From: an uncultured bacterium
Lineage (GTDB): Bacteria; Patescibacteriota; Minisyncoccia; Phycocordibacterales; UBA9973
Assembly: GCA_903892035.1 (NCBI GenBank)
Contig: CAITGV010000002.1
Location: 1,714-65,713 of the forward strand
Length of the DNA stretch: 64,000 nt
Direction of reading: 5' to 3'
Made by a program: the position numbers and the translations under genes. The notes under the pieces were generated by a model. That model searched no databases, was not told where the DNA came from, and saw only the letters and a program-made list of their open reading frames with translations. The first letter of the stretch is position 1. Each line of letters opens with the position of its first letter. Of the stretch, positions 9,630 to 20,013 are shown piece by piece.

Positions 9630-10262
9630 TTATTCAGCAGGTGCTGGTTCCTCCTCCTTCTTGCCCTTCTTTTCTACTTCAATTGCAGAAAGGTCAACAG
9701 GAACTTCTTCTTTTTCTTCTTTGATAACTGCAACGAGTGCTACAGCTTCTTCGCCATCTGTGATCATCGTCACTCCTTTTGGAAGTTTGATGTCACTTAC
9801 GAGAACTTTGTCTTCTAGTGTTGCAAGCTTTGAAATATCAACAGTCAATGAATGAGGCAATTCTTTTGGAAGAGCTTCAATTTCAACTTCGTGTAGAACT
9901 TTAACAAGGTTTCCAAGTCCACCCTTAACAGCTCCAGATATTCCTTCGAATTCCAAAGGAACATTAACTTTGACTGCAATGTTGACGTCGATAGCCAAAA
10001 AGTCTACGTGAATAGGAAATCCTTTTACAGGATCTACTGCAACGTCGTGAATAAGTACATCAATATTTTTACCTCCCACTACTAGCACTACTGGGCTAGA
10101 TTCACCGGCTTCCTTAAATGCTTTTGCAAAGTCGGAACTCGGTACGGAAATTGATGTGTTTTCCACACGAGCGCCATAGACGACCGCCGGTATGCCACCA
10201 TCCTTACGGATTTTAGCAAGTGAGTCTGTCTTACTTCGCTTTGTTGCGTTTATGTTTGTCAT
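9630..10262 (-). CDS. rplY: 50S ribosomal protein L25/Ctc
   Basis: IPAVVYG, HVDF, C-terminal Ctc domain; start reassigned to MTNINATKR. Confidence 0.95.
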   Translation of the reverse strand: MTNINATKRSKTDSLAKIRKDGGIPAVVYGARVENTSISVPSSDFAKAFKEAGESSPVVLVVGGKNIDVLIHDVAVDPVKGFPIHVDFLAIDVNIAVKVNVPLEFEGISGAVKGGLGNLVKVLHEVEIEALPKELPHSLTVDISKLATLEDKVLVSDIKLPKGVTMITDGEEAVALVAVIKEEKEEVPVDLSAIEVEKKGKKEEEPAPAE

Positions 10263-10308
10263 GGGAAATACAATAGCACAAAAGGCTAAAATTCGCAATA
10301 TCTAGAGT

Positions 10309-12000
10309 CTATTTTATGATGTGTTCCCTTATGTATTCCCTGCTTCCGCCAACTTTTTTGCCGGGGTTTAGGATATTTTGTGGGTCGAAAATTTGTTTGG
10401 TTTTTTCGAAAAGTGAGTAAACTTTTTCCCCGTACATTTGTTCTAAGAATGGTGTGCGAATTATGCCGTCATTGTGCTCAGCGTCAATTGAGCCATGATA
10501 TGAAAGTACAAGAGAGTAAACTTGGTCAGCAAGATTTAAAATAAAATCTGGGTCAAACTTATGCTTCAAATCTAGAAGTGGAATAAGATGGAAATTTCCA
10601 TTGGCTGCATGGCCGTGAATATTGTAGATGAGTTTGTTGTCGTCGAGAATTTTTTTAACTTTAGGGAAAAATTCAGGAAGTGATTCGGCTGGCACTATCA
10701 CGTCATCGATAAAAGGAGCAGTTTGTTTTCCTTGAAAATGCTCGCGTAATAGTGCAAATGAATCGTGGCGTATAGTCCAATATTTTTCTGCTTCAGATTT
10801 TGAAAAAACTTTTCGTGCTTTTGCATTTGGATACTTTTTCATTTTCTGGTAAAGCACATCAATACGATTTCGAACTTCCTCTTTACTGTCCCCTGCGCAT
10901 TCAACAAGAAGGACAAGTTTTGGCACTCCAGTGAAAAGCATTGTCATTTCAGGTATAAATGAAAAACCCAATTTTATTGCACCCCAAAGTCCTCTTTTTT
11001 TAATAAAACCATACCAGAATTTTAGAGCTAATTTTATGGTTTTGTCGTCGTAAGCTTCCACTGTCTCAGGTAGTGCAAGAAGTGCATCGTCAACCATTTC
11101 TCCTAAATTGTCGAGTGATTTCAGAAATACTACAACCATCGCACTCTCTTTTTTTACTTGAACAAGTCGTAAATTAATTTTTGTAGCAATTGCAAGTGTT
11201 CCCTGAGAGCCGACTATTAGTTTACTTAAATCAAATATTTCTTTTTCTTCGTCCCAGACATTCCATAAATAATATCCAGCAGAATTTTTTGTAACAATTG
11301 GTTTTGCTTTTTTTATGATTTCGCTATTATCGTTTATCAATTGAAAAATATTTTTATAAATATCTCCTTCGAAATCACCTTGAGCAATTTTTGCGTACAA
11401 TTCTTTTTTATTGAGTGGTCGCACTGCATATTTGTGGCCATCTGAAAAAACTACTTCGAGTTCTTTTATGTAGTCTTCAGTTTTACCATATCGAAGCGTA
11501 AGCTCACCCGCGGAATTGTTACCAACCATTCCACCCAGAGCATTTATAGATTTTGATGCTGTAAAACAAGGCAAAAGTAGATCGTGTTCTAGTGTCGCTT
11601 TTTCGAAATCTCTATAGTAGCAACCTGGCTCGACGGTTGCGACTCCAGATATTGTAACGGGAGCACTTCCAAAAAACATTGGCTTCATGTTGTAAGGATC
11701 AACTGGTGATACGCCAACTATTTGGTGCATGTAACGAGTAAAATCAATAATTATAGAATTATTTAGTGGACCGCCTGCCATACAAGTACCAGCAGAACGC
11801 GCAGTGATAGAAAGGTCAGGATATTTTGTTTTATTTTCATTTGCCCATTTTACAAGGTTTTCAACATCAGTAGAATCTTTTGGAAAAAGAACCAATTTAG
11901 GAATTACGACAAAAAGACTTGCATCGCGAGAATATTTTTTAATCGCCTCATCTCCGTCCTCAATATCCCCTTTCCAAAATTTTTGTATTTCTTCTTTCAT
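10309..12000 (-). CDS. FAD-binding oxidoreductase (GlcD/D-lactate dehydrogenase-like)
   Basis: YSRDAS, RSAGT, GSQGTL, GHAANGNFH, AEHNDG, DPQNILNPGK. Confidence 0.9.
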   Translation of the reverse strand: MKEEIQKFWKGDIEDGDEAIKKYSRDASLFVVIPKLVLFPKDSTDVENLVKWANENKTKYPDLSITARSAGTCMAGGPLNNSIIIDFTRYMHQIVGVSPVDPYNMKPMFFGSAPVTISGVATVEPGCYYRDFEKATLEHDLLLPCFTASKSINALGGMVGNNSAGELTLRYGKTEDYIKELEVVFSDGHKYAVRPLNKKELYAKIAQGDFEGDIYKNIFQLINDNSEIIKKAKPIVTKNSAGYYLWNVWDEEKEIFDLSKLIVGSQGTLAIATKINLRLVQVKKESAMVVVFLKSLDNLGEMVDDALLALPETVEAYDDKTIKLALKFWYGFIKKRGLWGAIKLGFSFIPEMTMLFTGVPKLVLLVECAGDSKEEVRNRIDVLYQKMKKYPNAKARKVFSKSEAEKYWTIRHDSFALLREHFQGKQTAPFIDDVIVPAESLPEFFPKVKKILDDNKLIYNIHGHAANGNFHLIPLLDLKHKFDPDFILNLADQVYSLVLSYHGSIDAEHNDGIIRTPFLEQMYGEKVYSLFEKTKQIFDPQNILNPGKKVGGSREYIREHIIK

Positions 12001-12043
12001 TTTTTATATTATGAATTATATCATAATATGGTAAAATCAAAAT

Positions 12044-12967
12044 ATGGAAAACAATATACAACACGCAAGTTTGGGTTATACAAAAAAGCTCTGCATTCTA
12101 CCTTTTGACCACAGATCTTTTTTTGTGCAATTGCTAGGTTTTACAGAGCCTTTAACAGATGAACAAAAGGAAACCTTGGTTAATTATAAAAAAATTATTT
12201 ACAAAGGTTATGAAAAATCTTTAACAATGGGTACCACCGTTGAGTCAACTGCAATACTGGTAGATGACGCTTTTGGAATGGAAATACTTTTAGATGCTAA
12301 ACAAAAAGGATATAACACACTGCAAAGTACTGAAGTAAGTGGAATGGACCATTTTGAATTTGATCATGGAGAAAATTGGAAAGAATGGATTGATAAAGTA
12401 AAACCAACTTTTGTAAAAGTATTAGTGCGCTACAATGTGGCCGGTGATAGAAGTCTAAATGAAAAGAGTATTGCAAATTTAAAAATCGTAAGTGAATTTG
12501 CTCATTCAAATGGATATAAATTTTTAATTGAACCTTTGGTTCCTGCGACCCAAGAACAATTGACTACTCTACAAAATAATAAGGCACGTTATGACCACGA
12601 ACTCCGGCCTGAGCTAACTGTCAAAATGATTACCGAAATGCAAGATGCGGGGGTTGAGCCAGATGTATGGAAAATTGAAGGAATGTATACTGAATATGAC
12701 TATGCAAAATGTGTCATGGCTGCACAGCGAGAAGGTCGCACAAATGTAGGCATCGTATCACTAGGAAGAAATGAGACTGACGAAGTGGTGGAGACATGGC
12801 TCAAAGTCGGCGCAAAAGTTCCTGGAGTCATAGGTTTTGCTGTTGGGCGAACAATATTTCTAGATTCATTGATGAAATATAGAAAACAAGAGATGACAGA
12901 GTCACAAGCAATAGATAAAATCGCAGAACGATTTCTACATTTTTACAAAGTATTTAATTCTATTTAG
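12044..12967 (+). CDS. DUF2090/IolC C-terminal-like class I aldolase-fold protein
   Basis: LPFDHR, VKVLVRYN, LIEPL, DVWKIEG, GFAVGRTIF. Confidence 0.85.
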   Translation: MENNIQHASLGYTKKLCILPFDHRSFFVQLLGFTEPLTDEQKETLVNYKKIIYKGYEKSLTMGTTVESTAILVDDAFGMEILLDAKQKGYNTLQSTEVSGMDHFEFDHGENWKEWIDKVKPTFVKVLVRYNVAGDRSLNEKSIANLKIVSEFAHSNGYKFLIEPLVPATQEQLTTLQNNKARYDHELRPELTVKMITEMQDAGVEPDVWKIEGMYTEYDYAKCVMAAQREGRTNVGIVSLGRNETDEVVETWLKVGAKVPGVIGFAVGRTIFLDSLMKYRKQEMTESQAIDKIAERFLHFYKVFNSI

Positions 12968-13826
12968 AGAATAAACTTTTCCAATCAGTTGCAAATTTTT
13001 CGAGGCCTTTATCTGTAAGGTCGTGTTTGATATTATATTCTTCCCAATTTTTTTGTTCGAGTTCTAGGTAATCAATTTGTTTTTTATCAGTAACAGAAAT
13101 AATTAAATCACTTGGAAGTTTTAATAATCTACCCTCCTCCTCCCATTTTATCCAAAGTGCTAGTGGAGCAGTTATGATTTCAGCTTCATTTTTCAAACAG
13201 TAGTTAACATGATCGATACTACGAATACTAGCACCCAGAACACTGACGTGACTTCCCCACTCCTTATACATTTTTAAAATATTTCCAATTAAATCAAGGC
13301 CGTATATTCCAATATCATCGAGTCTTCCAACAAATGGCGAAACATAAACCTGACCTTTTTTAGCTCCCTTTGTAGCAGAATGCACTGCAGCCGCTTGATC
13401 TTGTGAAAAACAAAGTGTCATATTTACATTTATTCCTTCAGAAACTAAAACCTTCGCCACGGAAATACCGGTGTGTGTTATTGGAAGTTTTACATAAATA
13501 CCAGAAAACCATTTTGAAAGTATTCGTCCTTGCTCACACATTGTTTCAAAACTTGTTGCATCATCAGAATAAACTTCCACAGAAATTGAACCCGATGGAA
13601 TAATATTTTTTATATCGTTAGCAACTTTATTGTATTCTACCCAAATACTTTCATTTGTAAGTACACCGTCATTTTTCAATTTTTGAATTTCAGGATTTTT
13701 TGCTACAAGAGATGGATTTGTTGTTTGACCATCAAGAAAACCCAATTTTTCAAATAAAATTTTTGTTTCTGCTGGATCACCACTATCTAGAAATATTTGT
13801 GTCTTTATGTATTCTGGTTTGTTCAT
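12960..13826 (-). CDS. tal: Transaldolase family protein
   Basis: FLDSGD, TTNPSL, SVEV, VKLP (Schiff-base Lys), NMTLCFS, SPFVGRLDD. Confidence 0.92.
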   Translation of the reverse strand: MNKPEYIKTQIFLDSGDPAETKILFEKLGFLDGQTTNPSLVAKNPEIQKLKNDGVLTNESIWVEYNKVANDIKNIIPSGSISVEVYSDDATSFETMCEQGRILSKWFSGIYVKLPITHTGISVAKVLVSEGINVNMTLCFSQDQAAAVHSATKGAKKGQVYVSPFVGRLDDIGIYGLDLIGNILKMYKEWGSHVSVLGASIRSIDHVNYCLKNEAEIITAPLALWIKWEEEGRLLKLPSDLIISVTDKKQIDYLELEQKNWEEYNIKHDLTDKGLEKFATDWKSLFSK

Positions 13827-13869
13827 ACCTAAATTGTATCATATTGACTGTATATGCTAAAATATAGGT

Positions 13870-14859
13870 ATGGAAAATCAACAAAAAATAGACGTATTGT
13901 CAATCGGTGATATTACAACCGAGCCTTTTATTAAACTTTCAGAAGCACTCGTTCTTCCAAGCCCCCAGGGTCAGCAACTTTGCGTGAACTATGGAGATAA
14001 AGTTGCATTTGAATCAGCAGAAGTACTTCGTGCTGTAGGAAATGCTGGAAATTCAGCAGTTTCCGCTGCTCGCCTTGGATTAAACTCATATTTGTTGGCT
14101 TATGTTGGAAATGATTCTGTAGGTAAGGGTGATATTGATGAATTAGAAAAAAATAATGTCCATACCGATTTTATAGTGACTGTACCAGACATGCCTTCCA
14201 ACTATCACTATGTACTTTGGTACGGAGTAGAAAGAACAATTTTAGTAAATCATCATGAATACCCATATTCATTTCCAAAAACTATACCTGAACCAAAATG
14301 GATATACTTTACTTCAATAGCTTCAAATTCACTTCCTTATACTTTAGAAATTGCACAATATTTGAAAGCTCATCCAAATGTAAAATTGGCATTTCAACCT
14401 GGGACTTTTCAGATGAAATTGGGAACTAATGTTTTGAAAGATATTTATGCTTGTACTGAACTTTTTTTCTGTAATTTTGAAGAAGCGCAAAGAATTTTAA
14501 ATACAACGGAAACAGATAAAAAAAAGTTGATGAATATGATTCGTGGTCTTGGACCAAAAATTGCTGTTGTTACCGATGGTATAAATGGTGCATATGCAGA
14601 CGACGGCACAAATCAATATTTTATGCCCGTGTATCCACACGAGCCTTTTGAGCGTACTGGCGCAGGTGATGCTTTTTCCTCAACTCTTACTTCAGCTCTA
14701 GCCTTAGGTAAAACCCTCGAGGAGGCTCTCACCTGGGCACCAATAAATGCGATGTCTGTTACCCTTCAAGTCGGCGCGCAAAAAGGCCTTCTTTCAATGG
14801 AAAAACTGCAAGAATATCTCGCAAATGCACCTGAAGATTATAAATTAAAAAAGATATAA
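13870..14859 (+). CDS. PfkB-family carbohydrate kinase
   Basis: GNAGNSAV..ARLG, CNFEEA, VTDG, RTGAGDAF. Confidence 0.93.
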   Translation: MENQQKIDVLSIGDITTEPFIKLSEALVLPSPQGQQLCVNYGDKVAFESAEVLRAVGNAGNSAVSAARLGLNSYLLAYVGNDSVGKGDIDELEKNNVHTDFIVTVPDMPSNYHYVLWYGVERTILVNHHEYPYSFPKTIPEPKWIYFTSIASNSLPYTLEIAQYLKAHPNVKLAFQPGTFQMKLGTNVLKDIYACTELFFCNFEEAQRILNTTETDKKKLMNMIRGLGPKIAVVTDGINGAYADDGTNQYFMPVYPHEPFERTGAGDAFSSTLTSALALGKTLEEALTWAPINAMSVTLQVGAQKGLLSMEKLQEYLANAPEDYKLKKI

Positions 14860-14926
14860 ATCTCTAATAATTTGCTATTTATTTTATATATGGTATAGTG
14901 TTTTTGTACATTAAACAATATATCTA

Positions 14927-15124
14927 ATGAAAAAGAAAAACATTATTGCTATGAAGAAAAATTCATCGCAAAGGCAAAAACGACTAAAGACTCGATATGA
15001 AAAATTAAAGTTAGCTGTTGCCTGTGGTACAGCAAACATTAATGAACTAGATCGAATCGGCCATATGCTTGCAAATGCATGGCTGTCAGGAGTAAGATTA
15101 AAAGTTAATGCTTCACATTTTTAA
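14927..15124 (+). CDS. Small basic hypothetical protein
   Basis: 65 aa ORF filling an intergenic gap, preceded by TTGCTA-N16-TATAGT promoter-like sequence. Confidence 0.45.
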   Translation: MKKKNIIAMKKNSSQRQKRLKTRYEKLKLAVACGTANINELDRIGHMLANAWLSGVRLKVNASHF

Positions 15125-15169
15125 CTTATTAATCAAAAAAAGAAGGTTAACGTTTTAGGTACTTGTTAC

Positions 15170-16171
15170 TTAAAACGTTTTCTTTTTGTCTAAAACTGTT
15201 TTTACAGCTGAGATTATGTGAGAGACTCCCATTCCGTAGTGCTCAATGAGTTCAGCAGGCGCTCCAGATTGTCCAAATTCATCATGCACGCCGATATATT
15301 CGATTAATGTTGGATGATTTGTTGAGAGTACTTCAGAAATTGCACTACCGAGACCTCCCGCAATTTGATGTTCTTCAACTGTGACGAGTGCACTAGTTTC
15401 TTTGGCTAAGTCAATAATTGCATTTACATCGAGTGGTTTTATTGTAGCTACATTCATAACCTTCACTGCAATTCCCTCTTTTTCAAGATCTTGCGCAGCT
15501 TTAAGTGCATTGTGTACAAGTGCACCACAAGCGATAATACCAACTACTGCAGGTTTTTCTGATTGATAAAATATTTGCGCCTTACCAATTTCAAAAGGAG
15601 TATCGAGTGTAGTAATAATAGGACTTTTTTCTCGAGCCAAACGTAAATAACAAGGCTGTTTTAATTTTGCTATTGCAAGTGTTGCCTTTTTAGCTTCAAT
15701 TACATCACACGGCGAGAGGACTATCATCCTTGGTAAAATACGCATAAGCGCCATATCTTCTATTGCTTGGTGTGTACCTCCATCTGGTCCCACAGAAACT
15801 CCAGCATGACTACCTACGATCACTATCGGAGTGTCATTGTAGCAAACTGTGGTACGAATTTGCTCCCAGTTTCGTCCAGGAGAAAACATTGCATATGAAG
15901 ATGTAAATGGAAATTTTCCCATCGCCGACATTCCAGCAGCGACTGTCACAATATTTTGTTCAGCTACTCCAACTTGAATAAAACGTTCAGGAAATTTATT
16001 TGCAAAAAAATGCATTTGTGTACTTTCTGTGAGGTCAGCACAAAGACCAACAATATTTTTGTCTTCTTCTCCGGCCATTAAAAGTCCTTCACCAAAACCT
16101 TTTCGAATTGGTACTTGTTCCACATCAGCATCAAAAACTTTTGTATTTAATTTTAAATTTTGGTTTAGCAT
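15170..16171 (-). CDS. Transketolase, C-terminal subunit
   Basis: ADL..ST, GVAEQN, GPDGGTHQ, EEHQIAGGLGS. Confidence 0.95.
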   Translation of the reverse strand: MLNQNLKLNTKVFDADVEQVPIRKGFGEGLLMAGEEDKNIVGLCADLTESTQMHFFANKFPERFIQVGVAEQNIVTVAAGMSAMGKFPFTSSYAMFSPGRNWEQIRTTVCYNDTPIVIVGSHAGVSVGPDGGTHQAIEDMALMRILPRMIVLSPCDVIEAKKATLAIAKLKQPCYLRLAREKSPIITTLDTPFEIGKAQIFYQSEKPAVVGIIACGALVHNALKAAQDLEKEGIAVKVMNVATIKPLDVNAIIDLAKETSALVTVEEHQIAGGLGSAISEVLSTNHPTLIEYIGVHDEFGQSGAPAELIEHYGMGVSHIISAVKTVLDKKKTF

Positions 16172-16172
16172 T

Positions 16173-17057
16173 TTATTGAAGTGTTTCTTTAATTTTATTT
16201 AAATCAGCGAGCGCTATTGCTACTTGCTCAGCTTTAGGTGGAGCTCCTGTGACATCTGTAATACCCGGTGGATTTCCGTGCCATTTATAATTTCCTTCCA
16301 TGAATGAAACTCCTTTTCCTGGAATTGTACGAGCAAGAATGACTGTAGGTTTTTCAAAAACAGTTTTTGCCTGCTCAAATGCAGTATCGAGTGCTCGAAA
16401 GTCATGACCATCGACTTCAATCACATGCCAATTGAAGCTTTCCCACTTTTCTTTCATTGGAGAAAGAGGCATTACATCATCAAGATAGCCCTCAATTTGA
16501 ATATTGTTGTAGTCTACAACTCCAACCATATTGTGAAGTTTATATTTTCCTGCAAGCATTACAGCTTCCCAAATGTTTCCTTCTTGAAGTTCACCATCAC
16601 CCATAAAAGTATAAAATTTCTTTTTTGATGTAACACCATTATCCATCCGTTCAGCTAAAGCCATTCCGCATGCTTGAGAAAGTCCGCAACCAAGAGGCCC
16701 TGATGAAGTTTCAACAACTGGTAACCATTCACGATGAGGGTGACCTTGAAGACGAGTACCAAGTTTGCGAAGTGTTAATAATTCTTCAACAGGAAAATAT
16801 CCAGAGTGTGCGAGTGTAGCGTAATACACGGGACAAATATGACCATTTGATAAAATAAAACGATCACGTTCTACCCAAGTTGGATTTTTCGGATCATGTT
16901 TTAAAGCATGAAAATATAAATAAGTAAAAACATCTGCCATCCCAAGTGGACCTGCAGAGTGGCCACTTTTTGCAGCAGCAAGCATTTCGATTATACTAAT
17001 GCGGATATCGTTAGCTTTTAATTGAAAATCTTTTACTTGTTCGTCAGTTAAGCTCAT
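16173..17057 (-). CDS. Transketolase, N-terminal subunit
   Basis: SGH, DRFILSNGH, LQGHP, GDGELQEG TPP motif, GKG..WHG. Confidence 0.96.
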   Translation of the reverse strand: MSLTDEQVKDFQLKANDIRISIIEMLAAAKSGHSAGPLGMADVFTYLYFHALKHDPKNPTWVERDRFILSNGHICPVYYATLAHSGYFPVEELLTLRKLGTRLQGHPHREWLPVVETSSGPLGCGLSQACGMALAERMDNGVTSKKKFYTFMGDGELQEGNIWEAVMLAGKYKLHNMVGVVDYNNIQIEGYLDDVMPLSPMKEKWESFNWHVIEVDGHDFRALDTAFEQAKTVFEKPTVILARTIPGKGVSFMEGNYKWHGNPPGITDVTGAPPKAEQVAIALADLNKIKETLQ

Positions 17058-17069
17058 ATATATCTGTGA

Positions 17070-17774
17070 TTATATCACAAGGTTTTGAAAGTTAGTAATT
17101 GTTTCTCTAACATCGACAGCTTTCCAAATTGCAGAACCCATTACAAGTCTATCTGCCCCAGCTTCGATCAAATCATGCGCTGTATCCATATTTACCGATC
17201 CGTCTACTGAAACAGTCATATCTGGAAATAGTTTTTTAATTTTTTTAATTTGGTCGTAAACACGTGGATCGAATGGTTGTGATTGAAAACCGATTTTATC
17301 TATTCCCATACATTGAACAAAATCAACAAAAGGAATGAGTGGTGCGACAACTTTTTCAATATCAGTCGTTGTTCCAATTGCTATACCAATTTCGACATTG
17401 TCGCGTACAGCCATATCAATGCCTTCTAGAAAATCTCTAAAAGCTCCATCTTCTTGATCCTCTGCGCCGACGTGAAAAATAAGTCGCTTTGCACCCATTT
17501 GCAAATATGTACCCATTTTATCTTTTGCGTCTTTGACCATCAGATCAAATTCATAATCAAATTCTTCCCAAAAAGGTAGGCCCTCTTCTTCGTTTAAAAT
17601 TTTTGTTAAACCTTGTGTATCTGTATCATTATAAGGCCATGTTGTTCTGGGAACATATATACCATCACAAAGATCTATTTGAATAGTTCTAATTATGCCA
17701 CCTCTTATCATAGACAATTTTCCTCGAATATCACCCAAATTTTCTGACATTATAGCCGGTATTATTTCAATCAT
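17070..17774 (-). CDS. rpe: Ribulose-phosphate 3-epimerase
   Basis: IIPAI, QIDLCDG, QCMG..GFQSQPF, VDGSV, LVMGSAI. Confidence 0.88.
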   Translation of the reverse strand: MIEIIPAIMSENLGDIRGKLSMIRGGIIRTIQIDLCDGIYVPRTTWPYNDTDTQGLTKILNEEEGLPFWEEFDYEFDLMVKDAKDKMGTYLQMGAKRLIFHVGAEDQEDGAFRDFLEGIDMAVRDNVEIGIAIGTTTDIEKVVAPLIPFVDFVQCMGIDKIGFQSQPFDPRVYDQIKKIKKLFPDMTVSVDGSVNMDTAHDLIEAGADRLVMGSAIWKAVDVRETITNFQNLVI

Positions 17775-17782
17775 AAATATTA

Positions 17783-18265
17783 CTAAAACTTATTAATTCT
17801 TCTAATGTTTCTTTCCTCTCCTGGAAATTTTGTTTCAAGAAAAATCTTTATCGCATTTTTAATTTCATCTTCAGATAAAAATCTACTTGAAAGAGAGAGT
17901 ATATTTGCATTGTTGTGAATTCTTGAAAGTTTTACTATTTCATATGGGTCTGTGCTTTCTGCACCATTTACATCGATAGCACCTTTTGCGAGCGCGAGTC
18001 CATAAAACACAGCTGCTCGCACTCCAGCCACCCTATTTGCAACCATTGCCTCCCCTTGCCCACTTCCGCCAAGAATAATACCATAACTTCCCGCGTCGTT
18101 TGCAACAGCCTCTGCAACTGGCTTTATCAAGTCAGGGTAGTCGTCATCTTTGTCGTAACTAAATGGACCCTTGTCAATAACTTCATTTCCAAGTTCCAAT
18201 AAAAAAGGCTTCAATTTTTCTTTGATTTCGTAACCTGCATGATCTGTACCGATGTAGATTTTCAT
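17783..18265 (-). CDS. rpiB: RpiB/LacA/LacB sugar-phosphate isomerase
   Basis: GTDHAG, DDYPD, GGSGQGE..ANR, HNNANIL. Confidence 0.9.
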   Translation of the reverse strand: MKIYIGTDHAGYEIKEKLKPFLLELGNEVIDKGPFSYDKDDDYPDLIKPVAEAVANDAGSYGIILGGSGQGEAMVANRVAGVRAAVFYGLALAKGAIDVNGAESTDPYEIVKLSRIHNNANILSLSSRFLSEDEIKNAIKIFLETKFPGEERNIRRINKF

Positions 18266-18268
18266 ATG

Positions 18269-19291
18269 TTATTTTGACGCAGCTTTGATAACGTGTTCAA
18301 CGAGTGCGTGGGTATACCCCATTTCGTTGTCATACCACGCTAGGACTTTTACAAGGTTTCCACCGACAACGCGAGTCATTGCAAGGTCGGCAATTGATGC
18401 ATGTGGGTCACCTAGGATGTCGGATGATACAAGAGGTTCTTCGGTAACTGCAAAAACTTTTGACCAATTTGGATTCAATGCACCCTTACGCAGAAGATCA
18501 TTTACTTCTTCGACTGTAGTATTTCTTTTAGAGATAAATGTGATATCGGCAATAGAGCCTGCTGGAACTGGTACACGGATAGAAATACCATCAAAAAGTC
18601 CATCAAGTGTCGGGTAAGCTTTTGCGACCGCAATAGCAGCACCAGTGGAAGATGGAACCATATTTTGTGCCGCAGCACGACCCTCGCGAAGATCTTTTTT
18701 ACTTGGACCATCGACAAGTGCTTGAGTACCAGTGTAAGCGTGTGTAGTATTTAACAATGCTTTTTCAATACCAATACTTTCATTTAAAATTCCAACTACT
18801 GGCGAGCAAGCATTTGTAGTACAAGATGCATTTGAAGTAATAGCACAAGTTCCAAATTTTTCTTCATTTACACCGATAAGAATAGTCTCTCCAGGTACAG
18901 TGCCATCACCTTTTGCAGGAGCAGAAATGACAACTTTTTTAGCTCCACAATCAATATGAAATTTTGCTTTTTCAAATGAAGTAAAAAGTCCAGTGGATTC
19001 AATGACAATATCGATATTCATTGCGCCCCATGGAAGTTTAGTTGTATCTCTTTCCGAAATAAAATGAACTTGCTTTCCATCAACAAAAATATCTTTCCCA
19101 TCATTTTTTATATCGTGATTCCATTTATGATACACCGTATCGTATTTAAGTAGATATGAAAGAGATTCAATTGAACCTAAATCGTTTACTGCAACAATAT
19201 CTAATTCAGGATGTTCCCATCCAACTTTTAAAAATGCACGACCAATACGACCAAAACCATTTATCGCAACACGAATTTTTTTGTTTTCCAT
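18269..19291 (-). CDS. gap: Glyceraldehyde-3-phosphate dehydrogenase (type I)
   Basis: INGFGRIGR, SNASCTTN, WYDNEMGY. Confidence 0.98.
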   Translation of the reverse strand: MENKKIRVAINGFGRIGRAFLKVGWEHPELDIVAVNDLGSIESLSYLLKYDTVYHKWNHDIKNDGKDIFVDGKQVHFISERDTTKLPWGAMNIDIVIESTGLFTSFEKAKFHIDCGAKKVVISAPAKGDGTVPGETILIGVNEEKFGTCAITSNASCTTNACSPVVGILNESIGIEKALLNTTHAYTGTQALVDGPSKKDLREGRAAAQNMVPSSTGAAIAVAKAYPTLDGLFDGISIRVPVPAGSIADITFISKRNTTVEEVNDLLRKGALNPNWSKVFAVTEEPLVSSDILGDPHASIADLAMTRVVGGNLVKVLAWYDNEMGYTHALVEHVIKAASK

Positions 19292-19340
19292 ATAGCGACA
19301 TTATATCAGAAAAATATAAATCAGGAAATTTATAATTCAT

Positions 19341-19367
19341 TCACTTGGTACTCCGACTACCAAGTGA
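19341..19367 (-). repeat. REP hairpin upstream of RAYT, overlapping its extended -10
   Basis: TCACTTGGTA-CTCCGAC-TACCAAGTGA (10-bp perfect stem); its 3' TGA forms TGnTATACT. Confidence 0.9.
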
Positions 19368-19553
19368 TATACTTAACTTAATCTATGAGAAATCACAAAT
19401 TTACTGAAGGTGAATACTATCATATATATAATCGTGGCACGGAAAAAAGAGATATCATTTTAGATCAGTATGATCTCCATAGATTTATGAAAAGTTTAAT
19501 AGAATTCAATAGAATTGAGCCTATAGGTAGTTTGTATGAATTATCATTCCAAG

Positions 19554-19578
19554 AACTTGGTAGTCGGAGTACTAAGTT
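19554..19578 (+). repeat. REP copy in-frame inside RAYT (LGSRSTKL #1)
   Basis: AACTTGGTAGTCGGAGTACTAAGTT. Confidence 0.92.
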
Positions 19579-19829
19579 AAAGAAAAACAAACTAGTTTCA
19601 ATTATTGCGTATTGTATAAATACAAATCACTTCCATTTAATTCTTACTCCACTAGTAGAAAAAGGTATCGAAAAGTTTATGCAAAGAATGGCTGGATATA
19701 CTAGATATTTTAATGAAAAAAATAAGCGAACAGGTGTATTATTTCAAGGTAAATTTAAATCTAAGCATGTTGGATACAATAATTATCTAAATCATTTGAG
19801 TGCATATGTGAATATGAATAATTTAGATA

Positions 19830-19854
19830 AACTTGGTAGTCGGAGTACCAAGTT
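19830..19854 (+). repeat. REP copy in-frame inside RAYT (LGSRSTKL #2)
   Basis: AACTTGGTAGTCGGAGTACCAAGTT. Confidence 0.92.
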
Positions 19855-20013
19855 GAGCAGGTCTAGTTTAGAGGAGTATATTGATGTGAACTTTGGCGGT
19901 GGTATTTGTGATACATCTATCGTACTTGATCAATTTAAGAGTAAAAAGGACTATTTAAAATTTGCAAAAGAGTCTTGGGCGGATACTCTGGAGAGGAAAA
20001 AGTATCTGGAAAT

